64,000 bases of DNA from Candidatus Uhrbacteria bacterium (GCA_963816085.1 CAWFIX010000003.1:487167-551166); one strand, 5' to 3'. Positions 30,001 to 39,049 are shown, counted from the first letter of the stretch. Program-made: numbers and translations. The notes: generated by a model from the letters alone, not told the origin.

Positions 30001-30837
30001 GAAGTGTAAACCTTCAAGCATAGCACCTTGGGCGCCAGCCTGAACGATAACTTTGACCATAGGAACGCCCATGGCATTCTTAGGAACTGTTGCACCTGCC
30101 GGGGTGTCGGATGCTAGTGAGACTGTTACGTCGCCACCAACTACTTGGCCTGGGCAAGCTACATTCCAGAAGTTTGAGTCAACACCGGTTACGTTTGCAC
30201 CATCAGTATAAGTGATAGCGGTTTCGACGGCATTGATCATGTTCCAATGATTTGCGTTAAATGCTGCATCATCGGCAATCATGCGCTTCATGCCATTCTC
30301 CACTACATAGCGGTTGCTATCACCTGCATAGGTGATGAGCTGGCCATCAGGGTGAACGTTAGAAGATACTGAAGAACCGATTTCATAGTTTACAAAGAAA
30401 CTATCCGGTACATCAATTACGCGAGTTGCCCATGCATCGCCCCAAAGTGCCTTGGCGATTGCTTCGGATTCGATCCAATGCAATGTGCCGCATTTGGTGA
30501 CAGCATAGGTTTTCGGATCGGTTGTAATTTTCACCAGTTTTGTACCTGGGCGAACTGTTACATTACCGCCGATTTGAATGGCTGCGAGTTCTGCATCTGT
30601 GATGGTTACTACAGACGAGAAATCGTTAAACCATGAGAAATATGTTTTCTCATTTGGGAATACGTAGCGCTTGCCATCTGTGTTATAGAAATACACAGCT
30701 GGTCCGGAAGCTTTGATTAAGTCGCCAGCAGCGAGTGTGGCGGCCTGAGCTGTTACCGGGAACGCTAATGCGCCTGCTCCTACTGACCAGAGAACGGTCA
30801 AAAAGGTAACAAACGTTGAAAAAGCTTTTCTTAACAT
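27019..30837 (-). CDS. Large secreted surface protein (S-layer/adhesin-like, Ig-like repeats)
   Basis: Signal peptide 'MLRKAFSTFVTFLTVLWSVGAGALAFPVTAQA'. 1272 aa, rich in Thr/Ala/Gly/Val/Asn, with repeated beta-rich segments. Strong terminator downstream. No specific family recognised. Confidence 0.7.
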   Translation of the reverse strand: MLRKAFSTFVTFLTVLWSVGAGALAFPVTAQAATLAAGDLIKASGPAVYFYNTDGKRYVFPNEKTYFSWFNDFSSVVTITDAELAAIQIGGNVTVRPGTKLVKITTDPKTYAVTKCGTLHWIESEAIAKALWGDAWATRVIDVPDSFFVNYEIGSSVSSNVHPDGQLITYAGDSNRYVVENGMKRMIADDAAFNANHWNMINAVETAITYTDGANVTGVDSNFWNVACPGQVVGGDVTVSLASDTPAGATVPKNAMGVPMVKVIVQAGAQGAMLEGLHFHRVGVGSTSDFANVYLYDMEGNRLTTGRSVNSSSNTVEFNSLNQTLAANSMKSYYVYADFSNPATTGGNHAFELMDAASVVLSGSGTISGSFPVRGNVFVVGTASAGTLTVQPGPAPANPVIGQKAAPISSFKLTANTNDIYVHRVALYQAGGIDNSDLANFELFQGSTKIASVAGVNAKGQIVLTFDTPYLLPNGVTRVFDLKADVSGRAGRTIITYLEYNSDVMAVDSVYNSGAAIDITAFDTSAEGVTVTTQGGNLTFAFNGPASGSVAKGKLGVVLYEFSLTSSDNDLEIRNLRTTLAGVAGTDKIIGSAGTKYFRNIKIKNMDTGTTVMGPKELTGANGATTENLTFNDTFNIDAGETMNLAIVADLSNTEDAANEFYGDGNNQYRATWLAFLDGDVKVVDTGESLALSKIVPNANTVGNAQTVKQSDLTADLASTPVSGTVVKKSQDKPVVGISLDAGSQSDIKITNMTLDCKADIGMTGTYLAADCSQRITKLALYDGDTLVGTPQAPDTVTGKAQITNMNLDIPAGTTKNLTVKATFSSAATAAPNNDRVAVGASSITAQDDDANTLTPTITTALGTTQLSNTPSVFQTILARGTLTVSQDAHPAATIVVAGKDVWVPMARYKATAQYENMLVDLMRVESISGDNSNYTQVAVAAGGAVKGASVLPAGATGAVDVSLAGNKITIPKDGSATFEVWAKLASVQASSSVSGATTGVTRSGMTPALGIDENIQTGNWDANYAAMLNMQTIGEASGERVYAAQGATDGNAMVLRKTKPVVTMQSLSNTTLSAGERELYRVQVGADSAGNAALKQMVFNISKTAATALANFRLYRGSTQIPLADIAIVNGTSTGDLEAGSIPAGVNQAYVVVSFTNEDSVGGTGNVYSLRASVSYTGTGNNVTTNLYTDPATAIVTGYLDNATAVGALGASADIYSIDTAVAPDGAGDNVGTFVWSDNSEVPHSSASQTSRDWTNDVYVEDLTQSQSLSN

Positions 30838-31160
30838 AATAATCCTAGTGGATTTGCCTTTAAGGACAGTTTTACCTGTCCGGATACAGGAGTCATCCTT
30901 GCGAATGATTTCCTGTGAATGTGATTAATGAAGAGTTCTGGCGTACCTACCCGAGTTTAAACCCGAGTTCGACCTTTTTAGATAGCCGTGGCGAGGATTT
31001 TGTATCGCCGGGCGTTAGAGTTCGAGATCCCTGCTAGATTTGGGGACCCCGTACAAATAACTTTCAGGGCATTTGCCGAGTTAGTTGTTTATACGATTCC
31101 CCCGCCCGTCAGGGCATCCGTCAGTTAAGACAGGTGACCTGTGACATGGGGGAATGAACT
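30838..31160 (-). promoter_or_regulatory. Long, hairpin-rich 5' leader/promoter region of the surface-protein gene
   Basis: 437 nt without an ORF between the anti-sigma stop and the 30837 start. Nested stems such as attccccc...gggggaat, acaggtgacctgt and ggacagttttacctgtcc. Confidence 0.4.
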
Positions 31161-31227
31161 AATTACCAATTACCAATTACCAATTAAGAATTAACAATTA
31201 CCAATTACCAATTACCAATTAAGAATT
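31161..31227. repeat. Heptad tandem repeat (AATTACC x3, AATTAAG, AATTAAC, AATTACC x3, AATTAAG)
   Basis: Nine near-perfect 7-nt units read directly. Confidence 0.9.
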
Positions 31228-31274
31228 ATTTATACTTATTTAACTGCCAAATACTATATACAAGATACTAGATA

Positions 31275-32528
31275 CTAATTTGTTTTTGGTGCCGGTGTTG
31301 TTCCGCTGTCTGAGTCGCTGGTGTTTACCGTACCAGCCGGTTGAGCAGAAGTGCCAGGTAGCGGGTTAGTCGTGGTGCCGGATCCTGAATTTTGCTGTTG
31401 TGGATTAGTGAGTAAATCTTGTTCCGCTTGTTTGGTTACCGCTTCCTGTTTTACCACACCCTCTTCTACGGTTTTTTGGGCGGCAAATGCTTGCTGGGTG
31501 CCAACCTTTATAAGTTGCACCGCTCCGTCGAGATCTTTATCGGCAACCATCTTATCGGCTTCGTTGAAAGATTTGGCCGCATCGCTAAGTTGCTCTTTTG
31601 GCGTACCTTCGCTACCTGTTTTTAAATCCGGAGTAGATGTGGAATTTGTTGCGGCAGTAGAAGTTGTGGTTGATTCGGTGGTTGTGGATTTGGTTGATGT
31701 GGTTACCTCAACTTTAAGACCGGTAGACTGGTTGATGGTTTTGGCGACTTTTTCATTGTGAGTTTTTAACACAATGATTACCTCTTGCTCGGTTACAACT
31801 TCAGCATCTTCTTCGTGAGTTTTTATCAAAAGCTCTAAAGCTTTTACAGATGTATCTGATGCGGCGGCTTGAGCTTCTGAGACTTTGACTATTTCCGTTG
31901 CGGAAAGCTTGGATTTTGATTCTTGCAGATCGGCCATTACGGATGTTGTTTTTTCATCTACGATGCGAGCCGCTTCTTTTGCTTTTGCCGGGGATGCCGT
32001 ATTTTGCACTTCGTCCAATTGATTCTTAATTGTATCCATGTCGCGTTTTAAAACCTCCGCCGCCTGCATGACACGCTCGGATTTATCGGCCAGAGGGCTA
32101 TCGATCACTTGTTTCATTTCTGTGACTCGGCGCTCCGTAAATTCAGTTTTGAGTTTGACGCGATCTTCGGGGGCTTTAATCATGGCTATGCGAGCCTGCT
32201 CGGTTACGAGTTTAATACTGTAGAGAAGATCACCCGGCAAGGCACGTTCTGCGGCGGAGACAGAGAATAGCGAGCCACTAAAAAGAGCCACAATGATCGC
32301 AATGGCTATGGCTGCCGGAGCTCGCATCCATTTAAAGGATATGACCGGTACAAAAATCTTAAAGCTGCGGCTAATAGCTGTTTTGGTTTTAGCCGGGGCG
32401 GGTTGTGAGTTCTTAACTTGCATGAGCAGTGTTTGGCGCGTTTCGGCAACCCAAAGAGCATCAGGCTTCATCTGCTTGGCGGCAGACCTGATGTTTCTGG
32501 TTCTTTTGAATAAGTGATAACTGCTCAT
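31275..32528 (-). CDS. Membrane-anchored putative anti-sigma factor (DUF5667-like ectodomain, low-complexity tail)
   Basis: Single TM 'APAAIAIAIIVALFSGSLFSV', then 'LPGDLLYSIKLVTEQARIAM'. Four nt downstream of the ECF sigma gene. Ser/Thr-rich C-terminus. Confidence 0.65.
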   Translation of the reverse strand: MSSYHLFKRTRNIRSAAKQMKPDALWVAETRQTLLMQVKNSQPAPAKTKTAISRSFKIFVPVISFKWMRAPAAIAIAIIVALFSGSLFSVSAAERALPGDLLYSIKLVTEQARIAMIKAPEDRVKLKTEFTERRVTEMKQVIDSPLADKSERVMQAAEVLKRDMDTIKNQLDEVQNTASPAKAKEAARIVDEKTTSVMADLQESKSKLSATEIVKVSEAQAAASDTSVKALELLIKTHEEDAEVVTEQEVIIVLKTHNEKVAKTINQSTGLKVEVTTSTKSTTTESTTTSTAATNSTSTPDLKTGSEGTPKEQLSDAAKSFNEADKMVADKDLDGAVQLIKVGTQQAFAAQKTVEEGVVKQEAVTKQAEQDLLTNPQQQNSGSGTTTNPLPGTSAQPAGTVNTSDSDSGTTPAPKTN

Positions 32529-32532
32529 TGTA

Positions 32533-33084
32533 TTATTTTTGCTCCTTAAGAGCTTTCATGCCGCGATAGTAGATAATGCGGACGTTGCCGGGGGTTTTAT
32601 CTAGGATGCTGGCGATATCCGCGAAGCTTAGGTCATCTATTAGGCGGAGGGCTAAAACATCACGATAGGAATCTTTTAGCTTATCTAACTGCCCAAGGAT
32701 GAGGGAGAGCTCGGTACGAGCCTCCATGTAAGCACGCCCATGGCTGGCCTCGTGTATAGATGTAGACGTGTCATCCGCCTCAAATGTTACAACTTCCAAA
32801 GATTCCGTATCTTTACGGGTTCTATAAAAGTCTGCGATTTGGTTACGGGCTATTTGATATAGGTAAGCGCGGACGCTCTTAACTTTCTTTTGTGACTGTA
32901 AGTGTTGCCAAAATCTGGTAAAAGTCTCGGCCGTGATATCTTCCGCATCTTGTTTTCTGGGCAACTTTAAAATAACAAACCGGTAAATGGCTGTTACATA
33001 TTTATCATATATTTTCGCAAATGCCTCCGGATCCTGCTTGACCTGAACCCGATAGAGCAAGTAGCGATCTAGGAGTTCTGCCAT
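32533..33084 (-). CDS. ECF-type sigma-70 family RNA polymerase sigma factor
   Basis: Region 2 'YDKYVTAIYRFVILKL...DAEDITAETFTRFW'. Region 4 'RDVLALRLIDDLSFADIASILDKTPGNVRIIYYRGMKALKE'. Confidence 0.9.
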   Translation of the reverse strand: MAELLDRYLLYRVQVKQDPEAFAKIYDKYVTAIYRFVILKLPRKQDAEDITAETFTRFWQHLQSQKKVKSVRAYLYQIARNQIADFYRTRKDTESLEVVTFEADDTSTSIHEASHGRAYMEARTELSLILGQLDKLKDSYRDVLALRLIDDLSFADIASILDKTPGNVRIIYYRGMKALKEQK

Positions 33085-33127
33085 GGCAAAAATAATGTTG
33101 AGAAAAGCTGAGCTATTCGCTCAATAA

Positions 33128-33154
33128 ACATAAAAAGGCAAGACTTAGCTTGCC
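33128..33154 (-). terminator. Terminator-like hairpin just upstream of the sigma gene
   Basis: ggcaag-ctaagt-cttgcc followed by tttttatg on the minus strand. Confidence 0.35.
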
Positions 33155-33297
33155 ATAAAAACCGAATTTTGTCGAGTGTAGACGTCAATACCCACTAACA
33201 GAGCAATAAATATAATAAATTCAAAGAAATGATAGATCCGGAGCTTTGGACCGAGTGGATGTCCGGATAATGTTCTAAGGACTACTGACTTAATGCT

Positions 33298-33333
33298 TTT
33301 ATTGGTTATTGGAGTTTGGTTATTGGTTATTAT
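33298..33333. repeat. Heptad tandem repeat (GGTTATT units)
   Basis: ttattggttattggagtttggttattggttattat. Confidence 0.8.
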
Positions 33334-33355
33334 CAACAGTTTGTCTAATCTATCG

Positions 33356-33384
33356 TTGACAAGTTATTACTAAATTGAAATAAT
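33356..33384 (+). promoter_or_regulatory. Sigma-70-like promoter for the HTH gene
   Basis: TTGACA (33356-61), 17-nt spacer, AATAAT (33379-84). This would make the mRNA near-leaderless (ATG at 33385 or 33397). Confidence 0.4.
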
Positions 33385-33696
33385 ATGGTTAATCACATGC
33401 CAGATACCGCAACCCAACCAGCTCCAGTAATTCGCTTGTATATTTCAGAAGCGGCGAAGCTTTTTGGCGTGTCAGATCGAACAGTGCGCAGGGCCATAGC
33501 CCGTAAAGAGATCCGCTACATCATTGTTCGCAACCGTTATCAAATCCACTTTGACTCCATGCTCAATTGGTCACAAAAAATGCCAAGACTCCAAAAAAAG
33601 CGCGACCAAGCGGGCTTGGGGCAATGGGTTTCAAAATGGAAAATAACAAACCCAAAATTTTCACCACGACCACCGCGTAAAAAATCGATAGAGTAA
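33385..33696 (+). CDS. Helix-turn-helix DNA-binding protein (excisionase/MerR-like HTH)
   Basis: 'ISEAAKLFGVSDRTVRRAIARKEIRY'; basic C-terminus. Confidence 0.65.
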   Translation: MVNHMPDTATQPAPVIRLYISEAAKLFGVSDRTVRRAIARKEIRYIIVRNRYQIHFDSMLNWSQKMPRLQKKRDQAGLGQWVSKWKITNPKFSPRPPRKKSIE

Positions 33697-33797
33697 AAAA
33701 ATAGATTTTTAGCGCCCCGTGAACAGCAGAGCTGTTTTTACGGGGCACGGATATCTAAAAAACGATTTCACGCGGTACCACCACAAGACAAAAAATA

Positions 33798-33954
33798 ACC
33801 AAATCTCAAGATACAAATACAAAAATTCAAATTTCCAAATCACAAGATACAAGATCCAAACAATCCAGAAATTACAGACTTAAATTAAGATATTTGATTT
33901 TTCTTATTTGAAAGTTGATATTTGTTTGTTCCTTGGAAATTGTATCCTTGGAGC
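33798..33954. repeat. Long mismatched inverted repeat built from heptads (CAAGATA/CAAATnC family)
   Basis: Left arm is ccaaatctcaagatacaaatacaaaaattcaaatttccaaatcacaagatacaagatccaaaca. Right arm is gatatttgatttttcttatttgaaagttgatatttgtttgttccttggaaattgtatccttgg. Confidence 0.8.
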
Positions 33955-34058
33955 TTTCAATGAGAATAGCAAAAAAACTCCCGAGCGCGTTTCGGGAGTT
34001 TTAAAAATAATATACCGGGACGTATCTCTCAAGATCGAGCGATATCCGGCAGTTTTTT

Positions 34059-34190
34059 CGTAGGGATAAACCCTTGTGGTTATCCGTGCTTTATCACCAG
34101 ATATCCATTTCCGCCTACGACAACAGCGCGGGCGATCACCTCACTTCGTCACTCGACTACGAGGGGCGCCGCAAGGATACGCCCCTACGC
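34059..34190. mobile_element. REP cluster (GGATAAAC hairpin plus inverted REPIN type I)
   Basis: tcgtagggataaacccttgtggttatccgtgc ... gcgggcgatcacctcacttcgtcactcgactacgaggggcgccgcaaggatacgcccctacgc. The reverse complement aligns with 26142-26205. Confidence 0.8.
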
Positions 34191-34248
34191 TAATATTATT
34201 TAAATCAACTCCTACAGGAATCAAGATAATTTGATCGAGAAGCTGAGT

Positions 34249-34368
34249 GGTAATCAAGGCTCTGCCCATAGGGCTCTGCCCGGAGGGTTCAGACAAATGG
34301 TAATCAAGGCAAATCATGGTAAATCAAGTTTAATCAAGGTTCAGACAATAAGTTTCGGTTCAGACAGT
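34249..34368. repeat. Degenerate direct repeats (GGTAATCAAGG / AATCAAGGTTCAGACA family)
   Basis: ggtaatcaaggc x2, aaatcaag, taatcaaggttcagaca, ggttcagaca. Related to 19445-19477. Its end supplies the stop codon of the GT4 gene tail. Confidence 0.8.
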
Positions 34369-35573
34369 ATAAATTTTTTCCAGATTCTCCAGATGACTTT
34401 CCCAACCGAAATTTTTGATGACTTGATCACGTCCGTAGTCGCCAAGTTCTAGGCGTTGCTCATTTGTGAAAGTTTCCATTTGTCCAAAGCTTCGATCCAG
34501 GATTCGATGGAGTCGGGTTTGGCGAGGAAGCCACTTACACCGTCTGTGACAAGCTCGGGTAAGCCGCCGATGTCTGAGGCGATTAGAGGCACACCTTCGG
34601 CCATAGCTTCGAGCGCGGTAAGAGGTGCATTTTCGTACCAGACGGATGGAATGCAAAGTGCTTTGGCTTCGCGACGGATGCGTTTTAGTTCTTCGCCGGT
34701 TTGGAATCCCACAAAGTTTATACGACCTTGCGCGATTTGGTTTGCGAGTGACTCTAACTTGTTGCGATCCGGACCTTCGCCAACTATGTCGAGTTTTACA
34801 GATGGCACACGTGCCACGGCACGGATTAGAGTTTCAATTCCTTTCTCGGGATAGAGGCGACCTATAACAGCATAAGCCCCATGTCCGCGATTGCCAGATA
34901 CTTGCGTTGGGATCTCGACAGGGTTTGGTAAGTATGTGAGTTTTCCGGGCGGATCTCCCCAGTCTACCATCTTATCCAGCATGAATTTTGATGGGCAGAT
35001 AAAAGCTTTAACCGTCCGCTCGTAGGAATGCGTGATTTTGGTGAGACTCATTTCTGCGGCGGCCAGGATGTTGGGTGCGAGGCCGGGAAAAAGACATTTG
35101 TGTAAAATTGCGTTGTAGTACTTTCCTCCTTTGCAACGCTCACAGACGGAGCCTTGGGTGTACATTTTGTAATTAGGGCAAGCGAGTTTGTAATCGTGAA
35201 GAGTTTGGACGCATGGGATTTTGTGTTTGCGGATAACGGAGAGAATGCTGGATGAGAGATGGTGATAGATGTTGTGCAAGTGGATGACGTCGGGTTTAAT
35301 TTCCGTGACTTGCGATTCCAACGCTTCTTTTGCTTCGCGATTCCAAATGAAGTTAATAGCCTTTTTAGCATCCTTGCTTATCCCCTCTTTGCGATCGTAA
35401 TTGTAGCGATGTACAAAAAAATCCTTATCAGCAGATTGTAGGTTTTTTGGCGATCTTGTGGAAAACGCGTGAACTTCGTGGCCACGCTCCGTAAGCCTAC
35501 GCGAGAGTTCGTGCATGTAGACCTCGGCGCCACCGCGAAGATCGAAGAATTTGTTTATTTGAAGGATTTTCAT
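34360..35573 (-). pseudogene. GT4 glycosyltransferase with one frameshift in an A3/T3 run (34479-34481) near the 3' end
   Basis: Main frame ends 'EALDKWKLSQMSNA*'. The adjacent frame continues with a typical GT4 tail 'METFTNEQRLELGDYGRDQVIKNFGWESHLENLEKIYTV*'. One extra A would restore it. Confidence 0.8.
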
Positions 35574-35583
35574 ATGTTACGAA

Positions 35584-37344
35584 TTACGAATCAGTCGCGA
35601 ATCTGACCGAATATGTTTTTTTTATCAATGAATCATACAATGCGACGTGATCGGTTGCCATTTTGTCGATGGAATATTTGGAAAAATCTTGTGATGATAT
35701 TTGTTGAGCTTGATTAATGGCTTCAGCGGGGCGGTCTAAGATATCCTCTATTGCTCTGGCGAGATCTTCCTCACTGCCGGGTTTTACCATTTTTACTTTT
35801 TCGTTAAACAACTCACGCATTACCGGTAAATCTGTAACCACCATGGGAATACCGGCAACAGCGGCTTCGACTGCGACCAAGCCAAATCCCTCCCATGCCG
35901 AAGGCAAGATGAAGATATCGTGATTTGCATAAACATCGTGAGTGCTATCGACCACGCCATTCCAATAAATTCGCGGCAAAATGCCCAACTCATCAGCTAA
36001 ATGTTTGAGATCGTTTTCCATTGAGCCTTCGCCATAGATAGAACACTCGAACCGTCCACGAACGTCCGCAAGGGCGCGTAAGAAAATGTCGGGGTTTTTT
36101 TGAGGCTCAAGGCGGCCGATAAACAATAGACGCGGAACATCGTAAAAAGGACGATTTTGCCTTTTTACTATTTTGTTGATTTCGACTCCGTTAGGAATTG
36201 TTTTTATTTTATCTTTAGCTATATGAAGTTCACTTTGGATATAGCGAGCTACATCATTAGAAATAGCAATGTAAGTTTGGGAATAGGATTTTAAGGCGCG
36301 CATGAAGAAGATGCCAAGTTGACCATAATGATTTTGCACATTGTGGATTGTAGTTACGATATTTTTACATCCGGCCATACGTGCCGAGATGCGGCCCCAG
36401 AAATCTGCGGCAAAAAGATTGGTGTGTACAACATTCGGTTCCAAATCCATGAGAAGATTTTTTAGACGCGTGATGTTTTTGAACCTGCCAAAAATGCCTT
36501 CGCGATCGAGAACTGTGAACGTGATGTTTTGCCTGCGAAGCGAATCCTCCAGCCCGCCTCCGCGAACGTTGGTGATGATGTGGGCTTCGTAACCCGAATC
36601 AGGCATGCGCGCCGCGAGTTGCATCACCAAACGCTCTGCACCTCCGCCTGCGGATAATGTTGGCAAAATATAAGCAACCAAATTAGATGACAACTTTTTG
36701 CGACATTCAAAAACCCAAGATGAGGCTCTTTTTTTGGAGATAATTCCCGATAATAATCCATCCAGTGAATCTAAAAAGTGAAATAACGAACTGCCTTTTT
36801 TTATGCGTGATGCATGTTTGGTAAAAATTCCCGAAAACCAAAAACCGGAGGATTTTGAAGAATAGATACGCAAGTCCGCATCTTTAATCTTATTGCGAAT
36901 TTCTTGATAGTTAGTATCTTTTTTATCCGTGCCGATGAGGATGATGCCGTGCGATTTGATTTTATCCAGCATCAAATTACATAGGTCGGTTATTTCTTCC
37001 GTAGTTATAACCGCGGGGTTTAACACAATGTCGTATTTTCCAGATAATTCTTCAGAAAGCTTTGTTGTTTTGGAGTTGATGGAAATTCCCAGCTCGGATG
37101 ATAATTTTTGGGTTTTTTCGGCTTGGGTTTCCGATAGGTGGAGATTGGTGACTTGGAATCCGAGCGTTGCAATGGGTAAAGCAAAATTTGCATGCTCATC
37201 CCCTGTTACCAAAATGTTAAATTCTTGATCCGGATGCTCATCCGCAAAGTCAGTAATGCGCTCAATAAAAAGATCGAGCGCTCGAAGCCCACCGGGAACG
37301 CGATGCAAGGATGTTGTTGCGTGATGAGGTAAACTTGGCTTCAT
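35584..37344 (-). CDS. Fusion of a Rossmann/methyltransferase-like N-domain (degenerate SAM motif) and a GT4 glycosyltransferase
   Basis: N-domain 'FNILVTGDEHANFALPIATLGFQVTNLHLSE...YDIVLNP'. GT4 part 'LPTLSAGGGAERLV' and 'PSAWEGFGLVAVEAAVAGIPMVVTDLPVMRELF'. Confidence 0.75.
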   Translation of the reverse strand: MKPSLPHHATTSLHRVPGGLRALDLFIERITDFADEHPDQEFNILVTGDEHANFALPIATLGFQVTNLHLSETQAEKTQKLSSELGISINSKTTKLSEELSGKYDIVLNPAVITTEEITDLCNLMLDKIKSHGIILIGTDKKDTNYQEIRNKIKDADLRIYSSKSSGFWFSGIFTKHASRIKKGSSLFHFLDSLDGLLSGIISKKRASSWVFECRKKLSSNLVAYILPTLSAGGGAERLVMQLAARMPDSGYEAHIITNVRGGGLEDSLRRQNITFTVLDREGIFGRFKNITRLKNLLMDLEPNVVHTNLFAADFWGRISARMAGCKNIVTTIHNVQNHYGQLGIFFMRALKSYSQTYIAISNDVARYIQSELHIAKDKIKTIPNGVEINKIVKRQNRPFYDVPRLLFIGRLEPQKNPDIFLRALADVRGRFECSIYGEGSMENDLKHLADELGILPRIYWNGVVDSTHDVYANHDIFILPSAWEGFGLVAVEAAVAGIPMVVTDLPVMRELFNEKVKMVKPGSEEDLARAIEDILDRPAEAINQAQQISSQDFSKYSIDKMATDHVALYDSLIKKTYSVRFATDS

Positions 37345-37347
37345 AAA

Positions 37348-38829
37348 TTATGTAACTCCAAACAAATTATTCTCTTTTTGCAAACGCTTTTCGCGGATGT
37401 GATACATCTCGGCAGTGGCTAAAAGCAGACCAATAGGTAGCCAGAGATGAGATGTCCAGTAAGCCGTATTAAATAGTTGATATACGACGGCACCTGATGC
37501 TGATGCTGCGAGAAGATAACAAACAACGAGCGGTTTGCCGTGAAGATCTTTCATACGAATCCAGGCATATCTGGCGGACATGGCAAGTACAAGAAGATAA
37601 GCCAAGAGACCGAACCCGCCGACTTCGGCAATAAGTTTTTGGATAAAGCCATGAGCATCAAGCGGAGCGCCAAACTCGATTAGGAAAACTTGAGCGTTGC
37701 CAACTCGCCAGATAAAAGTTCCTGCGCCACTGCCGATAATTGGGTGCTCGGTAAAAGCCGTCCAGGCGATTTCGGTCAGCATCCAACGGGTGGTGTTGGA
37801 GTTTTCGGCTGTTGTTGAAAAACTAAATTGAACTTGATATAAGGCCAAGGGAATCATGATGATGCCGAGGCCGATTATTGCGCCGATATATTTTTTTATA
37901 AAAGGGCGCCAAATAGTTAGAAGCAAAAAACCGAGTTGAAAAGCAAAGACAATCCAGGCCGTGCGAGCAAAAGTAAGCAGAGCCGCTAAAATTTGTGCTG
38001 CGCTCAAAAATATCAAAACCGTTTGCATGCGATATTTTTTTGATAAAATCGCAAGAGCGATTGTTGCCGGTGCTGCAAACATTAAAAGTTCGGCAAGTAG
38101 ATTGTGATTATCGCCGATGGCATTGATTCCAAACATTGGAATTGGATGCGCGCGTCGCACGGCCCAAGCGTAGGGCTCGATATCTAAAAGAGAAACATAA
38201 GCGTTTAAAGCCGCGAGAGCCCCAACAAAAGCCAGCACTCCAAATACTGCGCGAAGGCGACGCTCGGAACGGATGAGGTTGGCGGGTAATGCGATAAATG
38301 CAACGTAACAAAAAATTACAGGACGCAATACAAATTTGCCAATCAAGACAGGATCCGGGCCGTAGGAGCTGAAGATTGTGATTAGATGAGCAACCGCCAG
38401 AGTTGCGTATGATTTCCAGACCGGCAGGATGGGTCGCCAGTTTACATCGTGGCGCTTAAACCAGAGCAAGATAACTTTAACAGCCCAAGCTGTGATGAGT
38501 GCCATCAAAACAACATCTCCTAAAAATATATCGATAGATCCACCAAAAGCACGTTCGCCAATGTTTAGCGCGCCGGTGTCGAGGGAGACGGTAAGGCCAA
38601 GAAAAAGAGATAAGAATATTGATAAGTAAAAAGTTGTGTAAGTTGCGCGGTAGGCGAAAACCAGGAGGATGATGGCGATGGTGATAGCGATTGGGCCAAA
38701 AGGAATTCCAAAAACCACAAGAATACTGCCAACAAAGAGTAACAAGAAAAGACCCCAGGATAATATTGGCCAACTTGAGGCTTTATTCTCCGGTTTTGTG
38801 TGCTTATGTGAAAGGTGTTTTTCCTCCAT
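37348..38829 (-). CDS. O-antigen ligase/polymerase-family membrane protein
   Basis: 493 aa, polytopic; 'LTFARTAWIVFAFQLGFLL' Wzy_C-like loop region. Confidence 0.7.
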   Translation of the reverse strand: MEEKHLSHKHTKPENKASSWPILSWGLFLLLFVGSILVVFGIPFGPIAITIAIILLVFAYRATYTTFYLSIFLSLFLGLTVSLDTGALNIGERAFGGSIDIFLGDVVLMALITAWAVKVILLWFKRHDVNWRPILPVWKSYATLAVAHLITIFSSYGPDPVLIGKFVLRPVIFCYVAFIALPANLIRSERRLRAVFGVLAFVGALAALNAYVSLLDIEPYAWAVRRAHPIPMFGINAIGDNHNLLAELLMFAAPATIALAILSKKYRMQTVLIFLSAAQILAALLTFARTAWIVFAFQLGFLLLTIWRPFIKKYIGAIIGLGIIMIPLALYQVQFSFSTTAENSNTTRWMLTEIAWTAFTEHPIIGSGAGTFIWRVGNAQVFLIEFGAPLDAHGFIQKLIAEVGGFGLLAYLLVLAMSARYAWIRMKDLHGKPLVVCYLLAASASGAVVYQLFNTAYWTSHLWLPIGLLLATAEMYHIREKRLQKENNLFGVT

Positions 38830-38847
38830 GAACTAGGTAGTCTATCA

Positions 38848-38924
38848 AGTTTAAAGTTTGTAAAGTTCATAAAGTTGGCTTTCTTGCATCTTTATGAACT
38901 TTAAACTTTATGAACTTTATGAAC
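38848..38924. repeat. Inverted repeat built from 7-9 nt units (AAAGTTn / CTTTATGAA)
   Basis: agtttaaagtttgtaaagttcataaagttgg / ctttatgaactttaaactttatgaactttatgaac. Confidence 0.85.
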
Positions 38925-39020
38925 TATATTATAGCATATGTGAGAATGGCAAAAAAGTGCGCAATCAAGGGAAATTTCACCCTTTGCTAGATGTGAAACG
39001 ATATTTTGCTCCGTCATCCC

Positions 39021-39049
39021 TTGACAAAAAGCGCATTTTAGTGATAAGA
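39021..39049 (+). promoter_or_regulatory. Sigma-70-like promoter upstream of the first GC-rich gene
   Basis: TTGACA, 17 nt, (TG)ATAAGA. A strong SD GGAGGAG precedes the ATG at 39144. Confidence 0.45.

Noticed and set aside
30940-31060. tRNA-like fragments (gagttcgacc, gagttcgagatcc) in the surface-protein leader.
   Set aside because: No acceptor stem or anticodon arm can be built around them. They are isolated T-loop-like words only.
31161-31227. Possible CRISPR array, from regular short repeats here and at other heptad tracts.
   Set aside because: The period is 7-9 nt with no unique spacers, and no cas genes are present. This is not CRISPR architecture.
33145-33336. 63-aa ORF encoding a possible small membrane protein upstream of the sigma gene.
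   Set aside because: Its N-terminal third is translated from the GGTTATT heptad tract. There is no SD, and it ends inside a hairpin loop. The support is insufficient.
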